Assembly: GCA_012295275.1 (NCBI GenBank)
Contig: CM022675.1
Location: 5,270,001-5,334,000 of the forward strand
DNA length: 64,000 nt
Direction: 5' to 3'
Source of the DNA: Chrysomallon squamiferum
Lineage: Eukaryota > Animalia > Mollusca
A program made the position numbers and the translations under genes. Positions 20,336 to 39,131 of this stretch are shown here, piece after piece. Under the pieces are notes generated by a model. It ran no database searches, was not told where the DNA came from, and saw only the letters and a list, made by a program, of their open reading frames with translations. The stretch's first letter is position 1. The number at the start of each line of letters is the position of its first letter.

Positions 20336-21079
20336 CTTTTGAAAATGATTATTTAACAGAAGGAAAATATGCCGAAGGAAAAGAAAACAAAGTTAAACAA
20401 AAATAAGGAAGTAAGAAAAAAGTAATAAATTATATTAGGTGAATATTAATGACGATAAAGAGAAATATTATACATTTTTCAGATAGGAAGGCAGAGAGAA
20501 AGATGGGTAGGCAGGTAAATAATCAAACAAAGAAATCACGAAGGCAAAGAAAAAGAAAGAAATGAAAGAAATATGGAGATGGATTGACAGATTGACATAT
20601 AGACGGGAAGCAAACAGCTAGATGGATAACAGTACAAAATTAAGTAACATCTATCTATCTATCTATCACAAACGCTTTAGAAAAAAGGGAAAGAGAATAA
20701 TTTCCACCATTCAAAATATAAAGCAAAATGTCATTCAAATTATTTGTAAGTGTAGATTTTCATCACTACATCAGTATCTCGTATTTATATTTACTTATCA
20801 TTTTTTTTTCTTTTCTAATGCCAGCTTTCCAGAGAAGTTTTTATTTCCACTTCTCTCGATCTTCTGAAACGTGATTTAAACAAATTTACTTACTTATTTA
20901 TTTATTTACTTGTTTTGGGGTTTTCACATTTATTTTTAAACATTGTATTTTAATGTTAATTTATTAACTGATATACAATATTATTGTTGTTTTGTTGTTG
21001 TTCTAGTTGTTATTGCCATTGTTCCTGTGTGTACGTAGATATTATGCATCATTTGTTTTTATTATTACTATTATTATTT

Positions 21080-21135
21080 CAAGGAGAAAAACGTTAAGCC
21101 AAGTATGAATATTTTTTGATTGGATCTGTAACTAT
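21080..21135 (+). pseudogene. Small fragment of the FReD GEKRYAQYEYFLIGSVT exon
   Basis: aaggagaaaaacgttaagccaagtatgaatattttttgattggatctgtaact matches about 11998-12050 and contains a stop. Confidence 0.75.
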
Positions 21136-21170
21136 ATATATATATATGTGTATGTGTGTGTGTATGTATG

Positions 21171-21205
<35 letters not shown>

Positions 21206-21218
21206 GGTAGTTGCTCAC

Positions 21219-21263
21219 TTGCAGACGTACACACAAATAAGTAAGAAGAACGTAAAATAGCAT
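21219..21263 (-). pseudogene. Copy of the gene-B signal-peptide exon, shifted in phase
   Basis: ATGCTATTTTACGTTCTTCTTACT...|gtgagc. It is 45 nt against 46 nt in gene B, and its upstream sequence matches 17496-17600. Confidence 0.75.
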
Positions 21264-21349
21264 TCTGTTTACAACAGAAATGTTTGTTTCAAGATCTGCC
21301 AGGAACGTTTATGAAAGTCTTCTGTTTAATCTCCAAGAATAAAATTATA

Positions 21350-22121
21350 TACGTCAACCTAACACCTAACACTTCAGTAATAGGAAAATCATAACACCCA
21401 CACCTAACACTGACACGTACCAGTAACACACAACAATAATACCTAACATAAACATCTAACAATAATACCTAACATTAACACATAACAACAGTACCTAATA
21501 TTAACACCTAACCATAGTACCTAACATTAACACCTAACAATAATACCTAACATTAACACCTAGCAATAATACCTAAGGTTCACACCTAACAATAATACCT
21601 AACATTAACACCTAACATTAACACTTAACATTAACAATAACACCTAACATTAACACCTAACATTAACACCTAACATTAACAATAACACCTAATATTAACA
21701 CCTAACATTAAGACCTAACATTAACACCCAGCATTAACAATAACACCTAACATTAACACCTAACATTAACAATAACACCTAACATTAACATCTAACATTA
21801 ACAATAACATCTAACATTAACAATATCTAATATTAACAACTAACAATAGTACGTAACACCTAACATTAACACATAACATTAACAATAAGACCTAACATTA
21901 ACACCTAACATTAAGAACAATACCTAACATTAACAATAATACCTAACATTAACAGCTAACATTAACAATAATACCTAACATTAACACCTAAAATTAACAA
22001 TAATACCTAACAATAACAATAATACCTAATATTAACACCTAACATTAAGAACAATACCTAACATTAACAATAATACCTAGCATTAACACCTAACATTAAC
22101 ACCAAGCATTAACAATAGTAC

Positions 22122-22122
<1 letters not shown>
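21350..22122. repeat. CCTAACATTAACA-type minisatellite, about 0.8 kb
   Basis: Tandem 12/18/24-bp variants. Confidence 0.92.
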
Positions 22123-25510
<3,388 letters not shown>

Positions 25511-25528
25511 AAGATAAAACAGCTGATG

Positions 25529-25646
<118 letters not shown>

Positions 25647-26090
25647 ACTGAAACCTAACGTTCCCATCTATTAACGCTTAATGGTTAGAGTCCTTTTGGT
25701 AAGGGACATCGGTGAATTTATTTCCTTATTTCAGCTAAAAGGAAACATTATTTTAAAGTACATGAGCTAAATTAAATAAATAAATAAATAAATAAATAAT
25801 ATAAATAAATAAATATATAAAATAAAACGTTTTTCTAGAAACACAAACAGAATATCTGATGTGTATTTTATTGTGTGAGATAGCTGTTGAACGAATACCA
25901 TATGTCACTCTGTAAATGTGATCTATAAAACTCTGAAAAAAGTTTTACTTCAAAGACAACATGTTTCAGTCAGCACAGATTGTACACAGATAGGAGATAG
26001 TATTTCCAGTAATAAACCACATAGTAGAATATTTTAAAACGTAGACATGTTTAATGTACTTGCAGTGGAGAGAGGCAGAGAGACATACAA

Positions 26091-26199
<109 letters not shown>

Positions 26200-26216
26200 T
26201 AGAGAAAGAGAGATAA

Positions 26217-26299
<83 letters not shown>

Positions 26300-26460
26300 C
26301 AGAGACAGAGAAAGAAAGAGAAAAGAAAGAGAGAGAAAAAGACAGAGAAAGAGAGAGTAAGAGAGTAGTTTTGAAAGTGATATACATGTTTCATTCACTA
26401 CATTTACTTTTCTGAAGTAGATTTAATTGTCTTCTATTTTTCGTTTGAATTATGTTGTAG

Positions 26461-26741
26461 GCGACAGTTTCTCAGTTCACCGAGGTTTCGAGTTCAGTGC
26501 TAAAAACTTGGACAGAGACACGTTGGCGAACGATAGCTGTGCTCAAGAATTCAAAGGGGGCTGGTGGTATTATGACTGTCACAAAGCTAATCTGAATGGC
26601 CTCTATCTCAATGGTACCCACACCTCTGAAGGTGATGGGGTAGATTGGGAAACTTTCAAGGGACTTCACTATTCGTTGAAGAGAACGGTTATGAAGATAC
26701 AGCCGATACCAACCCACGTTCACTACTTTCAATTTGAATAA
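26461..26741 (+). CDS. Intact orphan FReD terminal exon
   Basis: Acceptor tatgttgtag|GC GAC AGT is identical to gene A. Open frame [47 protein letters not shown]...FQFE*, with AATAAA overlapping the stop. No intact preceding plus-strand exons were seen after 12665. Confidence 0.7.
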
Positions 26742-27993
26742 AGTGTTGTTAGTTGTGATATATTTGTTTTGTTTTTCTTATTTATATTAAATATGAAAGT
26801 TATTCCAACCAATTTGATGTTCATGTCATTTTGCTGTAATCATGATTCTAATATATCAGAGATAAATACGACTTTTTGGGAACACAGATAAATAGGTGAA
26901 TAGATAGATGGATAGTGATACACAAGCTTAAAATACTTTAAAGAGTGCAAAGACTAACTGGGACGCCATTACGTTTAGGCTTAGGAACGTTTAGATTGGC
27001 GTTTTTGGTGAGACATTTTTTCAAAGGATTTCGTATTCCATGTTTTCTCGTACATGGCGGATTAATTAGCTGTAGAAATAAGTCTAATAAAATAAAATAA
27101 GATAAAACAAAATAAATGCATATATCAATCAATAAATAATTCTCTGATTCCATATGTATCGATTGAGATAATGAAATCAACTGCAAAGGGTTAGAAAGAT
27201 AACATTCGAATGTTTTGTGTTATTTTATTCTGATACTCAGTTATCAGTGATGACTAGAAGTAACTGTTTTTTCTTCTTTCTTTTTAAATCATTCCTTTAT
27301 TTTGAATAAGAAAAATGTTTCTATTTTCTGAGTTGCCGTATATTCTAATAGTTTTCGTGGAAAACAAACTTATATCAGCAATTAGGAAGTGTTTATTTCG
27401 AGCGCAATAAAAAAAAAATAATAATAATAATAAAATAAAATAAAAATAAAATAATAAATAGAAAATATCGTCTGGTTCTTCAGAAACATTCTTAAATCCA
27501 ATAAACGGAAAGGGTTCCTAAAGAGTTGCCCCCCTTTAACCCATTTCAATTACATTTATAAAATGGTTTCAGGATGTATTGGTAATATAATTTTAAAATG
27601 TTCCTAATAAAATGATAGATATACTTTAAGCAGTAATAATAGTAGTAGTGGTAGTAGTATTAATACAATAATTGTTAGAATAGTGTTATTAATAAAACTC
27701 CGTCATGTACGGGAAAATATCGCATATTTTCTCAAAATTGGTCGATATGGCGAACAGCAAATCCTTTGAAAAACAATGTCTGATGAAAAAGGCCAATAAA
27801 TGTTTTTTAACCCCAAACATAATGCATTCTCTTTAGTCATATGAACCGAAGTCCCAATTAGTCTTAGCACTGTTTAAACTATTTAACACTCACAAAGATA
27901 CAGAGACATGCAGACACACACAAATCTCACATGTAATATAATTAAGAAAAACAAAATAAATATATCACAGCTGACTTCACTTTATTCTAATTA

Positions 27994-28173
27994 TCAGTAA
28001 AGAAGCTGACTTGGTACTGGTTGTATCTTGATAACTGTTCTCTTCATAGAATAGTAGAATCCCTTGAAAGCGTGCCACTCAATCCCATCAGCATAAGAGG
28101 TGTGGCTTCCACTGAGATAGGGACCGTTCAGATTAGAAAAGTTAAAACTTTTATACCACCAGCCACCTTTGTA
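27994..28173 (-). pseudogene. 5'-truncated FReD terminal exon
   Basis: [59 protein letters not shown]. The conserved Cys-His is lost and the 5' part is replaced by a tandem repeat. Confidence 0.88.
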
Positions 28174-28412
28174 CCTAACACTCGTACGTAAATCTAATAC
28201 CTAAAAGTAACACCTAACACTCGTACGTAAATCTAATACCTAAAAGTAACACCTAACACTCGTATGTAAATCTAATACCTAAAACTAACACCTAACACTC
28301 GTACGTAAATCTAATACCTAAAAGTAACACCTAACACTCGTACGTAAATCTAATACCTAAAAGTAACACCTAACACTCGTACGTAAATCTAATACCTCAA
28401 GTAACACCTAAC
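28174..28412. repeat. 39-bp tandem repeat, about 6 copies (cctaacactcgtacgtaaatctaatacctaaaagtaaca)
   Basis: Near-identical units. Confidence 0.93.
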
Positions 28413-28569
28413 GCGTTCCCTGTTTGTGTCACTGTGTCCCTCTACTACAAACCTGCACGAGGGGCAGATTATAATGGGTTGCTTATTGCAATGAAAATTC
28501 TCCTGCTAAAAATAAAGAAAAGTCTTTCTATTATGTAGCACAGACGAACGCATCACTTTGAAACAGTTC

Positions 28570-28810
28570 TCAATGTCCTTTCTGATCTTTAGGATAGACT
28601 CGTTAGATTCCGCTCTCATTTTTACCTTATTTTCTTATCTCTTCACAGACCGCTGGTCGAGCAGGATTTTCTTTTTGTGCAATATCTTCAAACGTTTTTT
28701 TTATTAATTAATATTTGATATATTTTGATATTAATGTATACATTTATATTAGTTATCATTGTCATAACCATAGTTATCATTCTTAGTATAATCACTATCG
28801 ACAATATTTG
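28570..28810 (-). pseudogene. Decayed gene-A-type FReD exon (PARPAVCEEIRK*GKNESGI*)
   Basis: Homologous to 10330-10565, with stops and a 3' truncation. Confidence 0.82.
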
Positions 28811-29786
28811 AAAATAATGGTGAAACAAATAAGAAGGAAACAGAAAGATGATAGGTTAATCGCGATATCAATTAAGATAATATCATAGATATTTTATTGT
28901 TATAATTATCTTTTTTAGATAGATAGGGAGATAAGAAATATATACGTATGTAGATAGCTGAATAGATAGAAACATAAAGATAAATATACAGATAGATATA
29001 ACTATGACAAACATACAGACAGACCGACAGATAGACAACGACAGATATGAATTAATACTTTTTTTAAAGCTTACTTGTTGTAGTACCTTTTCAAATAAAT
29101 AAATAAATAAAATGTAATCAGACACCGTTAGAGAAAAAAGAAGCGGAGTGCAGTTTTTAAAGAGTCGTTTAACATTTTTCTGTACATTTGTGTTTGCGAC
29201 AGTAACCCATATTTCTATTTATTTATGTACCTTTGTTATTTATTTATTATTGTGATTACTATTATTGATATTGTTATTTTTATTATTATTATTGTTATTA
29301 TTGATATTATTATTATTACTACTATTATTATTATTATTAATATACAAATATTATTATCAAAAATAACTCTAATAAGTATATCTGATTATTACGTACATTT
29401 AACTCAAAGACAGAAAGTTGAAGCTCATGGAGTTTAAAATCGATCTTTGGTCTTACATAATTCTTCAGTAATGGCTGAAGAAAAGTTATTAGTCATTCAT
29501 TATCAACATTCAGAAGAGATATTGTTGCTGAAAACCGAAAAAATAACTTACGCACACGTGCACATTCTAAAACACACACAAGCACACTGTGTCTGTGTGT
29601 GAGTATACAGACATATACATTCATATACATTCATACATACTAAATTTCATGTGTAAACAAATTTTTCGTAAACAAAAGAAAACAAGAAGAAGAACAAGAA
29701 AATAAAAATGGAAAATAAAATTAAAATAAAAATAAAAATAAAATAGAAATAAAAATAAGAAACTCTTTAAAAAGTTTTACACATGG

Positions 29787-29819
<33 letters not shown>

Positions 29820-30038
29820 TGTATGTATGTATATATGTATGTATGTATCCGTGTGTTTTCGTTCCTTTAGTTGAATGAATGGATGGGCAGATAGACAGAC
29901 ACATAACAGACATAAATGATAATAATAATAAGAAGAAGAATAACAGGATCAAAAAGAACAACGACTACGACGATGACTATGATATAATTGAGAAAATGTG
30001 TTTATTTTTAACAAGTATTATTTTAAAATGACATGTAC

Positions 30039-30336
30039 CAACCAAGTATCGTTCTCACTGACTCCTGGTTCACAGGAAACGTCAATGTGTTCTTTACGAT
30101 CTCTATGATAGACTCAGTAGATCACGCTCTTATTGTTTTCTTATGTCTTCACAGTCTATAGAGAAAAGTCAATATGTATAAAACTACTGCACATGTAAGC
30201 ATCGGAACAGTAAATATTTGTCCCTCTGTGTATATATATATATCTGTGTATGTGGGTATAAATATGCATATGTGTGTATGTGTCTATGTGGGTATATGTG
30301 TGTGTATATATATTTAAAATATACGTAAAATAGCAT
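30039..30336 (-). pseudogene. Decayed gene-B-type FReD 5' end (signal-exon remnant at 30336, DCEDIRKQ exon at 30155-30039)
   Basis: Collinear with 17038-17495, with deletions and frameshifts. Confidence 0.83.
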
Positions 30337-30429
30337 TTTGTTTATAAAAGAAATGTTTGTTTCAAGATCTGGCAGAAACGGTTATGAAAGTCGTCTGTTT
30401 AGTCTCCTAGAATAAAATGATATACATCA

Positions 30430-33400
30430 AACTAACACATAACACTTCAGTAATAGCAAAATCGTAACACCCACACCTAACACTGACACGTACCATTAAC
30501 ACATAACAACAGTACCTAACATTAACACATAACAACAGTACCTAACATTAACACATAACAACAGTACCTAACATTAACATCGAACAATAATACCTAACAT
30601 TAACATCGAACAATAATACCTAACATTAACATCGAACAATAATACCTAACATTAACACATAACAACAGTACCTAACATTAACACATAACAATAATACCTA
30701 ACATTAACATCTAACAATAATACCTAACATTAACACATAACAACAGTACCTAACATTAACACCTAACAAACATACCTAACATTAACATCTAACAATAATA
30801 CCTAACATTAACATCTAACAATAATACCTAACATTAACACATAACAACAGTACCTAACATTAACATCTAACAATAGTACCTAACATTAACATCTAACAAT
30901 AGTACCTAACATTAACATCTAACAATAATATCTAACAATAATACCTAACATTAACACATAACAACAGTACCTAACATTAACATCTAACAATAGTACCTAA
31001 CATTAACATCTAACAATAATACCTAACATTAACACATAACAACAGTACCTAACATTAACATCTAACAATAATACCTAACATTAACATCTAACAATAATAC
31101 CTAACATTAACACATAACAACAGTACCTAACATTAACATCTAACAATAGTACCTAACATTAACAACTAACAATAATATCTAACAATAATACCTAACATTA
31201 ACACATAACAACAGTACCTAACATTAACATCTAACAATAGTACCTAACATTAACATCTAACAATAATATCTAACAATAATACCTAACATTAACACATAAC
31301 AACAGTACCTAACATTAACATCTAACAACAGTACCTAACATTAACATCTAACAATAATATCTAACAATAATACCTAACATTAACACATAACAACAGTACC
31401 TAACATTAACATCTAACAATAGTACCTAACATTAACATCTAACAATAATACCTAACATTAACACATAACAATAATACCTAACAATAATACCTAACATTAA
31501 CACATAACAACAGTACCTAACATTAACATCTAACAATAATACCTAACATTAACACATAACAATAATACCTAACAATAATACCTAACATTAACACATAACA
31601 ACAGTACCTAACATTAACATCTAACAATAGTACCTAACATTAACATCTAACAATAATACCTAACATTAACACATAACAATAATACCTAACATTAACATCT
31701 AACAATAATACCTAACATTAACATCTAACAATAATACCTAACATTAACACATAACAACAGTACCTAACATTAACATCTAACAATAGTACCTAACATTAAC
31801 ATCTAACAATAATATCTAACAATAATACCTAACATTAACACATAACAACAGTACCTAACATTAACATCTAACAATAATACCTAACATTAACATCTAACAA
31901 TAGTACCTAACATTAACATCTAACAATAATATCTAACAATAATACCTAACATTAACACATAACAACAGTACCTAACATTAACATCTAACAACAGTACCTA
32001 ACATTAACATCTAACAATAATACCTAACATTAATATCTAACAATACTACCTAACATTAACATCGAACAATAATACCTAATATTAACATCTAACAATAGTA
32101 CCTAACATTAACATCTAACAATAATACCTAACATTAATATCTAACAATAATACCTAATATTAACATCTAACAATAGTACCTAACATTAACATCTAACAAT
32201 AGTACCTAACATTAACACATAACAACAGTACCTAACATTAACATCTAACAATAGTACCTAATATTCACATCTAACTAAAATACCAAACATTAACACCTAA
32301 CAATAATACCTAACATTAACACATAACAATAATACCTAACATTAAAAATAACACCTAACATTAACAATAATACCTAACATTAACACATAACAATAATACC
32401 TAACAATAATACCTAACATTAACACATAACAACAGTACCTAACATTAACATCTAACAATAGTACCTAACATTAACATCTAACAATAATACCTAACATTAA
32501 CACATAACAATAATACCTAACATTAACATCTAACAATAATACCTAACATTAACATCTAACAATAATACCTAACATTAACACATAACAACAGTACCTAACA
32601 TTAACATCTAACAATAGTACCTAACATTAACATCTAACAATAGTACCTAACATTAACATCTAACAATAATATCTAACAATAATACCTAACATTAACACAT
32701 AACAACAGTACCTAACATTAACATCTAACAACAGTACCTAACATTAACATCTAACAATAGTACCTAACATTAACATCTAACAATAGTACCTAATATTCAC
32801 ATCTAACTAAAATACCAAACATTAACACCTAACAATAATACCTAACATTAACACATAACAATAATACCTAACATTAAAAATAACACCTAACATTAACAAT
32901 AATACCTAACATTAACACATAACAACAGTACCTAACATTAACATCTAACAACAGTACCTAACATTAACATCTAACAATAGTACCTAACATTAACATCTAA
33001 CAATAGTACCTAATATTCACATCTAACTAAAATACCAAACATTAACACCTAACAATAATACCTAACATTAACACATAACAATAATACCTAACATTAAAAA
33101 TAACACCTAACATTAACAATAATACCTAACATTAACACATAACAACAGTACCTAACATTAACATCTAACAACAGTACCTAACATTAACATCTAACAATAA
33201 TACCTAACATTAATATCTAACAATACTACCTAACATTAACATCTAACAATAATACCTAATATTAACATCTAACAATAGTACCTAACATTAACACATAACA
33301 ACAGTACCTAACATTAACATCTAACAATAGTACCTAATATTCACATCTAACTAAAATACCAAACATTAACACCTAACAATAATACCTAACATTAACACAT

Positions 33401-34253
33401 AACAATAATACCTAACATTAAAAATAACACCTAACATTAACAATAATACCTAACATTAACACATAACAATAATACCTAACAATAATACCTAACATTAACA
33501 CATAACAACAGTACCTAACATTAACATCTAACAATAGTACCTAACATTAACATCTAACAATAATACCTAACATTAACACATAACAATAATACCTAACATT
33601 AACATCTAACATTAACATCTAACAATAATATCTAACAATAATACCTAACATTAACACATAACAACAGTACCTAACATTAACATCTAACAACAGTACCTAA
33701 CATTAACATCTAACAATAGTACCTAACATTAACATCTAACAATAGTACCTAATATTCACATCTAACTAAAATACCAAACATTAACACCTAACAATAATAC
33801 CTAACATTAACACATAACAATAATACCTAACATTAAAAATAACACCTAACATTAACAATAATACCTAACATTAACACATAACAATAATACCTAACATTAG
33901 CACCTAACAATAATAAATAACATTAACAATAACACCTAACATTAACACCTAACATTAACAATAACACCTAACATTAACACCTAACATTAACAATAACACC
34001 TAACATTAACACCTAACATTAACAATAACACCTAACATTAACACCTAGCATTAACACCTAACATTAACACCTAACATTAACAATAACACCTAACATTAAA
34101 AATAATACCTAACATTAACACCTAACATTAACAATAACACTTAACATTAACAACAATGCCTAACATTAACAATAACACTTAACATTAACAACAATGCCTA
34201 ACATTAACAATAACACCTAACAATAATACCTAACATTAACAATAGTACCTAAC
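30430..34253. repeat. 3.8-kb minisatellite array (cctaacattaacatctaacaataata / cctaacattaacacataacaacagta) with higher-order repeats
   Basis: Period of about 24 bp built from 12-mers. The marker tattcacatctaactaaaataccaaac recurs at about 32263, 32795, 33014, 33339 and 33753. Confidence 0.97.
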
Positions 34254-34558
34254 TCCGCTGTCTCTTTCTTTCATGAGTCATTGTCTTTCTCTATTATAAA
34301 TCTACACGAGGCCGGATTATGGCTGGTTGTTAGATGCAATGAAAACTCTCAGCTAAACCCAAGATCAGTAAATAAATAAATGAATAAATAAATAAATAAA
34401 TAATATCAATAATAATAATCACAATAATAAATAAAAAACAAAGGTACATTTATACATAGAAGTATGGGATTACTGTAGGAAACACAAATCTACAGAAAGA
34501 ATTTGATCGAAACTTAAAAAACTCAACTCCAATTCTTTTTTCTCTATTGTATCACACA

Positions 34559-34622
<64 letters not shown>

Positions 34623-34772
34623 CATACATATATACATTCAGACATATATACATACATACATAGACATACATATATATGTTAACCAACTAACAGATGATGC
34701 TAGTTATATAAATGTATACTTTATTTAGTTTGTTTGAACCAGTGCGTAAATAATAATAATAATAATAATAAC

Positions 34773-34826
<54 letters not shown>

Positions 34827-35515
34827 TAGAAGAAAAAGAAGAAGAAGAAGAAGAAGAAGGAGAAGAAGAAGAAAATGAAGAATGTTTAGAATAATTCTAA
34901 ACAATTTGTTTACGAAAGATTCGAAGAGAATCAAACTGTAGGAAAGTCATTTAAAGAGAAACAAACGTGAAAAGAGATCGGTCAGCAGTCCATCCAAATT
35001 AGATAACAACTTCTGTCATTCCATACGCATGCAGTGACGTCATGTAAAATGTAAAAATGTTCATATTCTAATGTTTTGTAACAGTGTTATTTTTTTGTAA
35101 TTCTTTGTTATCAGTGTTGACAGGTTACATAGAACTATAAATGTCCAGAGATATAAATAAATTGTATTCCTAGAAATAAAGATATAATTTAGAAATATTT
35201 TACAGACAAAATCTGTAACACGTGTTATTGAGCTAGCAGAGCGTACATGAAGGATGTAATTGTTCTTGTTCTTTATTTAAGTTCGTTAATTTTAGATAAG
35301 AAAATGTTTTTCTATTTTATTAGTGTCCGTACATTCTATAAATTCTGGTGGAAAGCAAACATATAACAAACATTAGGATGGGTTAATTTCGCAGAAAATA
35401 AAGTAAAATAAAATAAAATAATAAATAAAAATATAGTGTAGTTCTTAATTTACTGAATTTTCAAGTTATACTGAAAACTTATATATTATGGCCAGGTCTT
35501 TAAACTGTGGGATTT

Positions 35516-35569
<54 letters not shown>

Positions 35570-36229
35570 AGTAATAATAATAATAAGAAGAAGAAGAAGA
35601 AGAAGAATAACATATGCATACATACATACTTTCATACACCAAACGGAAATACAAAAAAAAAAAATAATAATAATAATAATAGCAATATACAAAAATTCAT
35701 ACTAAATTAATATTAAATTAATAAATAATAATAATAATAACAAATAAAAACAATATATATAAATAAATAAATAAGAAGTAGAAATCCAAGAACTAAACTA
35801 GTGAAAATCACGTTTGAGAAGATCGATAGAAAAAAGAAAGAAAGAGAGAAAGAAAGAAAAAATCAAAGAAAGAAAAAGAAAAAGAAGAAAAAAGTAAAAA
35901 ATAATGAAAAGAAGGAAAGAAAAAATATGTAGGTCTCATATTTCCTGAATTTTAGAGAATTTTATTTCCTAATCTCAGCTAAAACAATATTTAATTTTAA
36001 ACTTGATGACCTAAAAGAAAGAAATAATATTTTTCTAGAAAGTCAAACTGAACATCTGAATTGTAACTGACTGCGTGAGACATCTGTTGAAGGAATCACC
36101 TACGTCAGTATGTAAATATCATCCAGCATAATATGATATACACAAAAGTGTTACTTCAAAGACTTCAAAATGTTTCAGTCGTGACAGATTGTACACAGAT
36201 AGGAGACAATATTTTAAATAATCAACACT

Positions 36230-36315
<86 letters not shown>

Positions 36316-38002
36316 CAATCAAATGTTTCTTTCTGATTTCAAGTAATCAGACTGAAAAGTGAACACACATACACATACACACTTAGAAACACGCATAAAA
36401 CTAGCGTGAGAGAGACAGAGAGAAAGAGATACAAACATCACGCAGACAGAAAGTAAACAGACACACACGCATGCACTTGGTCTCACATCACTACACGCAC
36501 ATACGTACAGTACACACATACGGAGAGTAGCTACTGAACATGCAATTCAATACACATTACAACACACATTTTTACATGCATTAGAACATGTACGTTTTTA
36601 TGTACATTACAACACACACATTATAACATACATTACAACACATACATTGTATATACATTACAATACATAAATGCACATTCAAAAATAGACCGAAGTAAGA
36701 GAGAAGTCACAGAATATCAATAATCGACTGAAACATTAATAAAATAAATTACTAATGTTCTGTATATAATTATTGTAAAAACACAGTAAAGAAAATAAAA
36801 GCTAGAAATCACAACATCTGTTTTGTATATTTACCTTACGATTTTAATCCTCCTGTCTAACAACTTTTCAATGTATTTTTCTGATCAGCTCGAATTGAGG
36901 TAACTTGAGGATGCAAATCCAGTATTGTTTACATTTTATTACCCAAGAATATGTTAATTCCACTCTTGTTTGAAATGAGAGAATATAGTTTTCCACATCG
37001 ATATTATTGTTTTTTCAGATTTTACTTAATAAAAATAATAATAACTGTTTCCAATGTTAACAATCAAAATCCAGAGCGCGTTCCTGATCGTCCATTACAA
37101 TTTCGTTTTCTCACGTATTTTCTTCCATGTGAAAGTTTTGTCGAGTTTTAGGAACCGTTTTACATAAAGTGGCTGAATAAAAAGCTAACTGAGTATTTCC
37201 GTTTGTTTTGATAGTTTATTTTTTAGCTTATTAACCTATTGAAGGTTTACATCTGTTGAATTAAAATCTGTCGATAATAAAATGTATTAAATTTTTGTTT
37301 TTAACAAGAAGGGATTAAACACAGACACTAATCCTGAGATGGATATGAAATTAGAACAAATTTGAGATCCATGTTTTACGTAAGATTGAAACTTCTGTTG
37401 GTTAGTCGCGAACTTTCAACGTGGGATACATAGATTTAAATACCGGTACCGGACCAATTATCCGGATGGACAGAAAATCGGAAACAATTTTTCCGACGCT
37501 ACTTTTGTTCGAGCGCGCAGGTTATTTACGTATTTAGATTCTTTGGTACCAGAAAACCGGAAAATCTAGACATCCGGAATGCCTTATGCCCCAAGGAGTC
37601 CGGATAATTGGTCCGGTATCTGTATACGCTAAAAAGATCACAGCGTAACTACGAAATTTGCTAAGACTGTCTAATAATTTGTTCTCCTTCTTTTTTTCTC
37701 TCTTTTTTTCAAGTTTATACTCTGGGGCCTAAAAGTAAAGAATAAAGAAAAATACAAAATTATACAACCTCTTCTGATGTGACATTATATCAACAGACTT
37801 ATCATGAAAAAAACAATTATTAATAATAAAAGTTATTCTGTTCAAAGGGAATATATTTTCTATAATATGAGAGTATAGAGATTCACAGACACAGAGTATT
37901 TTTCAAACAGGATGAGAATGTCAGGTTTATATGATTGTGTCACATAATATAAATATAATATAATATTATTTTTTTTTTATTTAAAGAAAACAAAGCAAGT
38001 AA
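34250..38002 (+). repeat. Segmental duplication module, copy 3 (runs into the gap)
   Basis: Collinear with 4310-7290 and 22122-25510. Confidence 0.9.
37443..37622. mobile_element. MITE, internally deleted, at the position paralogous to 24785
   Basis: TA-CCGGTACCGGACCAATTATCCGGA ... TCCGGATAATTGGTCCGGTATCTG-TA. Confidence 0.85.
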
Positions 38003-38202
38003 NNNNNNNNNNNNNNNNNNNNNNNNNNNNNNNNNNNNNNNNNNNNNNNNNNNNNNNNNNNNNNNNNNNNNNNNNNNNNNNNNNNNNNNNNNNNNNNNNN
38101 NNNNNNNNNNNNNNNNNNNNNNNNNNNNNNNNNNNNNNNNNNNNNNNNNNNNNNNNNNNNNNNNNNNNNNNNNNNNNNNNNNNNNNNNNNNNNNNNNNNN
38201 NN
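38003..38202. other. Assembly gap (200 N)
   Basis: Run of N. Confidence 1.
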
Positions 38203-38326
38203 TTAATAATTAAAAAATAAAATAAAGAAATAAAGAAATAAAAAATAAACGCCGGCAGCATTGGCTCGCTGACAATTTCACCTTAAAAACAGTGCACAAG
38301 AAAAAAAACAAACACACAAACAAAAA

Positions 38327-38365
<39 letters not shown>

Positions 38366-39085
38366 ACAGAAGAAAAGAAAAATAAAGAAATAAAAAAATC
38401 AAAATAAAGCGCTGGCAGTATTCGATCTTGTTGTTGTTCTTCTTCTTCTACTCAAAGAAAGAAAGAAAGAAAGAAAGAAAGCGCCATGCGTGTGTGTGTG
38501 TGTGTGTGTGTTCTGTGCATCTACGGTACTGTACTATAATAATAATAATAATAATAATAACTAGTAGTAGTAGTAGTTGTAGTAGTAGTAGCGGTAATGA
38601 TAATAATACAAAGGTTTCGCACTTATCCTGTGTTCACGAGTCATTTTGCACGAAATTAGCATTATTGCTGTTGTTGTTGGTGGTGGTGGTGGTGGTAGTG
38701 GTGGTGGTGGTGCTGTTGTTGTTGTTGTGAACAGCATTGCATTTCGTCTTTCGTGGTGATGGACTGTAAAGTGTCACTGTCAATAATTTGTTTTATTTAT
38801 TTATTCTGTTTTTTTTTTTTATTCTTAATTTTTGTGCAGTCTTTAAGGCGTAATTGACATCGGTAGCGAGTACCGAGACCTAGTTTTCTAACGTTCGTCT
38901 CACCGATGCCATGGAAACCGATCTCAGCTCAGCTCCGTTCGGCTACACTCGGGTAGGGTCGGGTCGGGTCAGGTCGGGTCGGGTCGACTGCACTCCACTC
39001 GGCGGACGAGAGAAAAGGAAAAAAGACGTCGGGCTTCATCCGTCCACTGCCTATTATTATTACTGTTGTTGTTGTTGTTGTTTTA

Positions 39086-39131
<46 letters not shown>

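Noticed and set aside
30430-34253. Interstitial telomere (CCTAA = TTAGG)
   Set aside because: CCTAA is embedded in 12/24-bp units and never occurs as a pure (TTAGG)n or (TTAGGG)n tandem.
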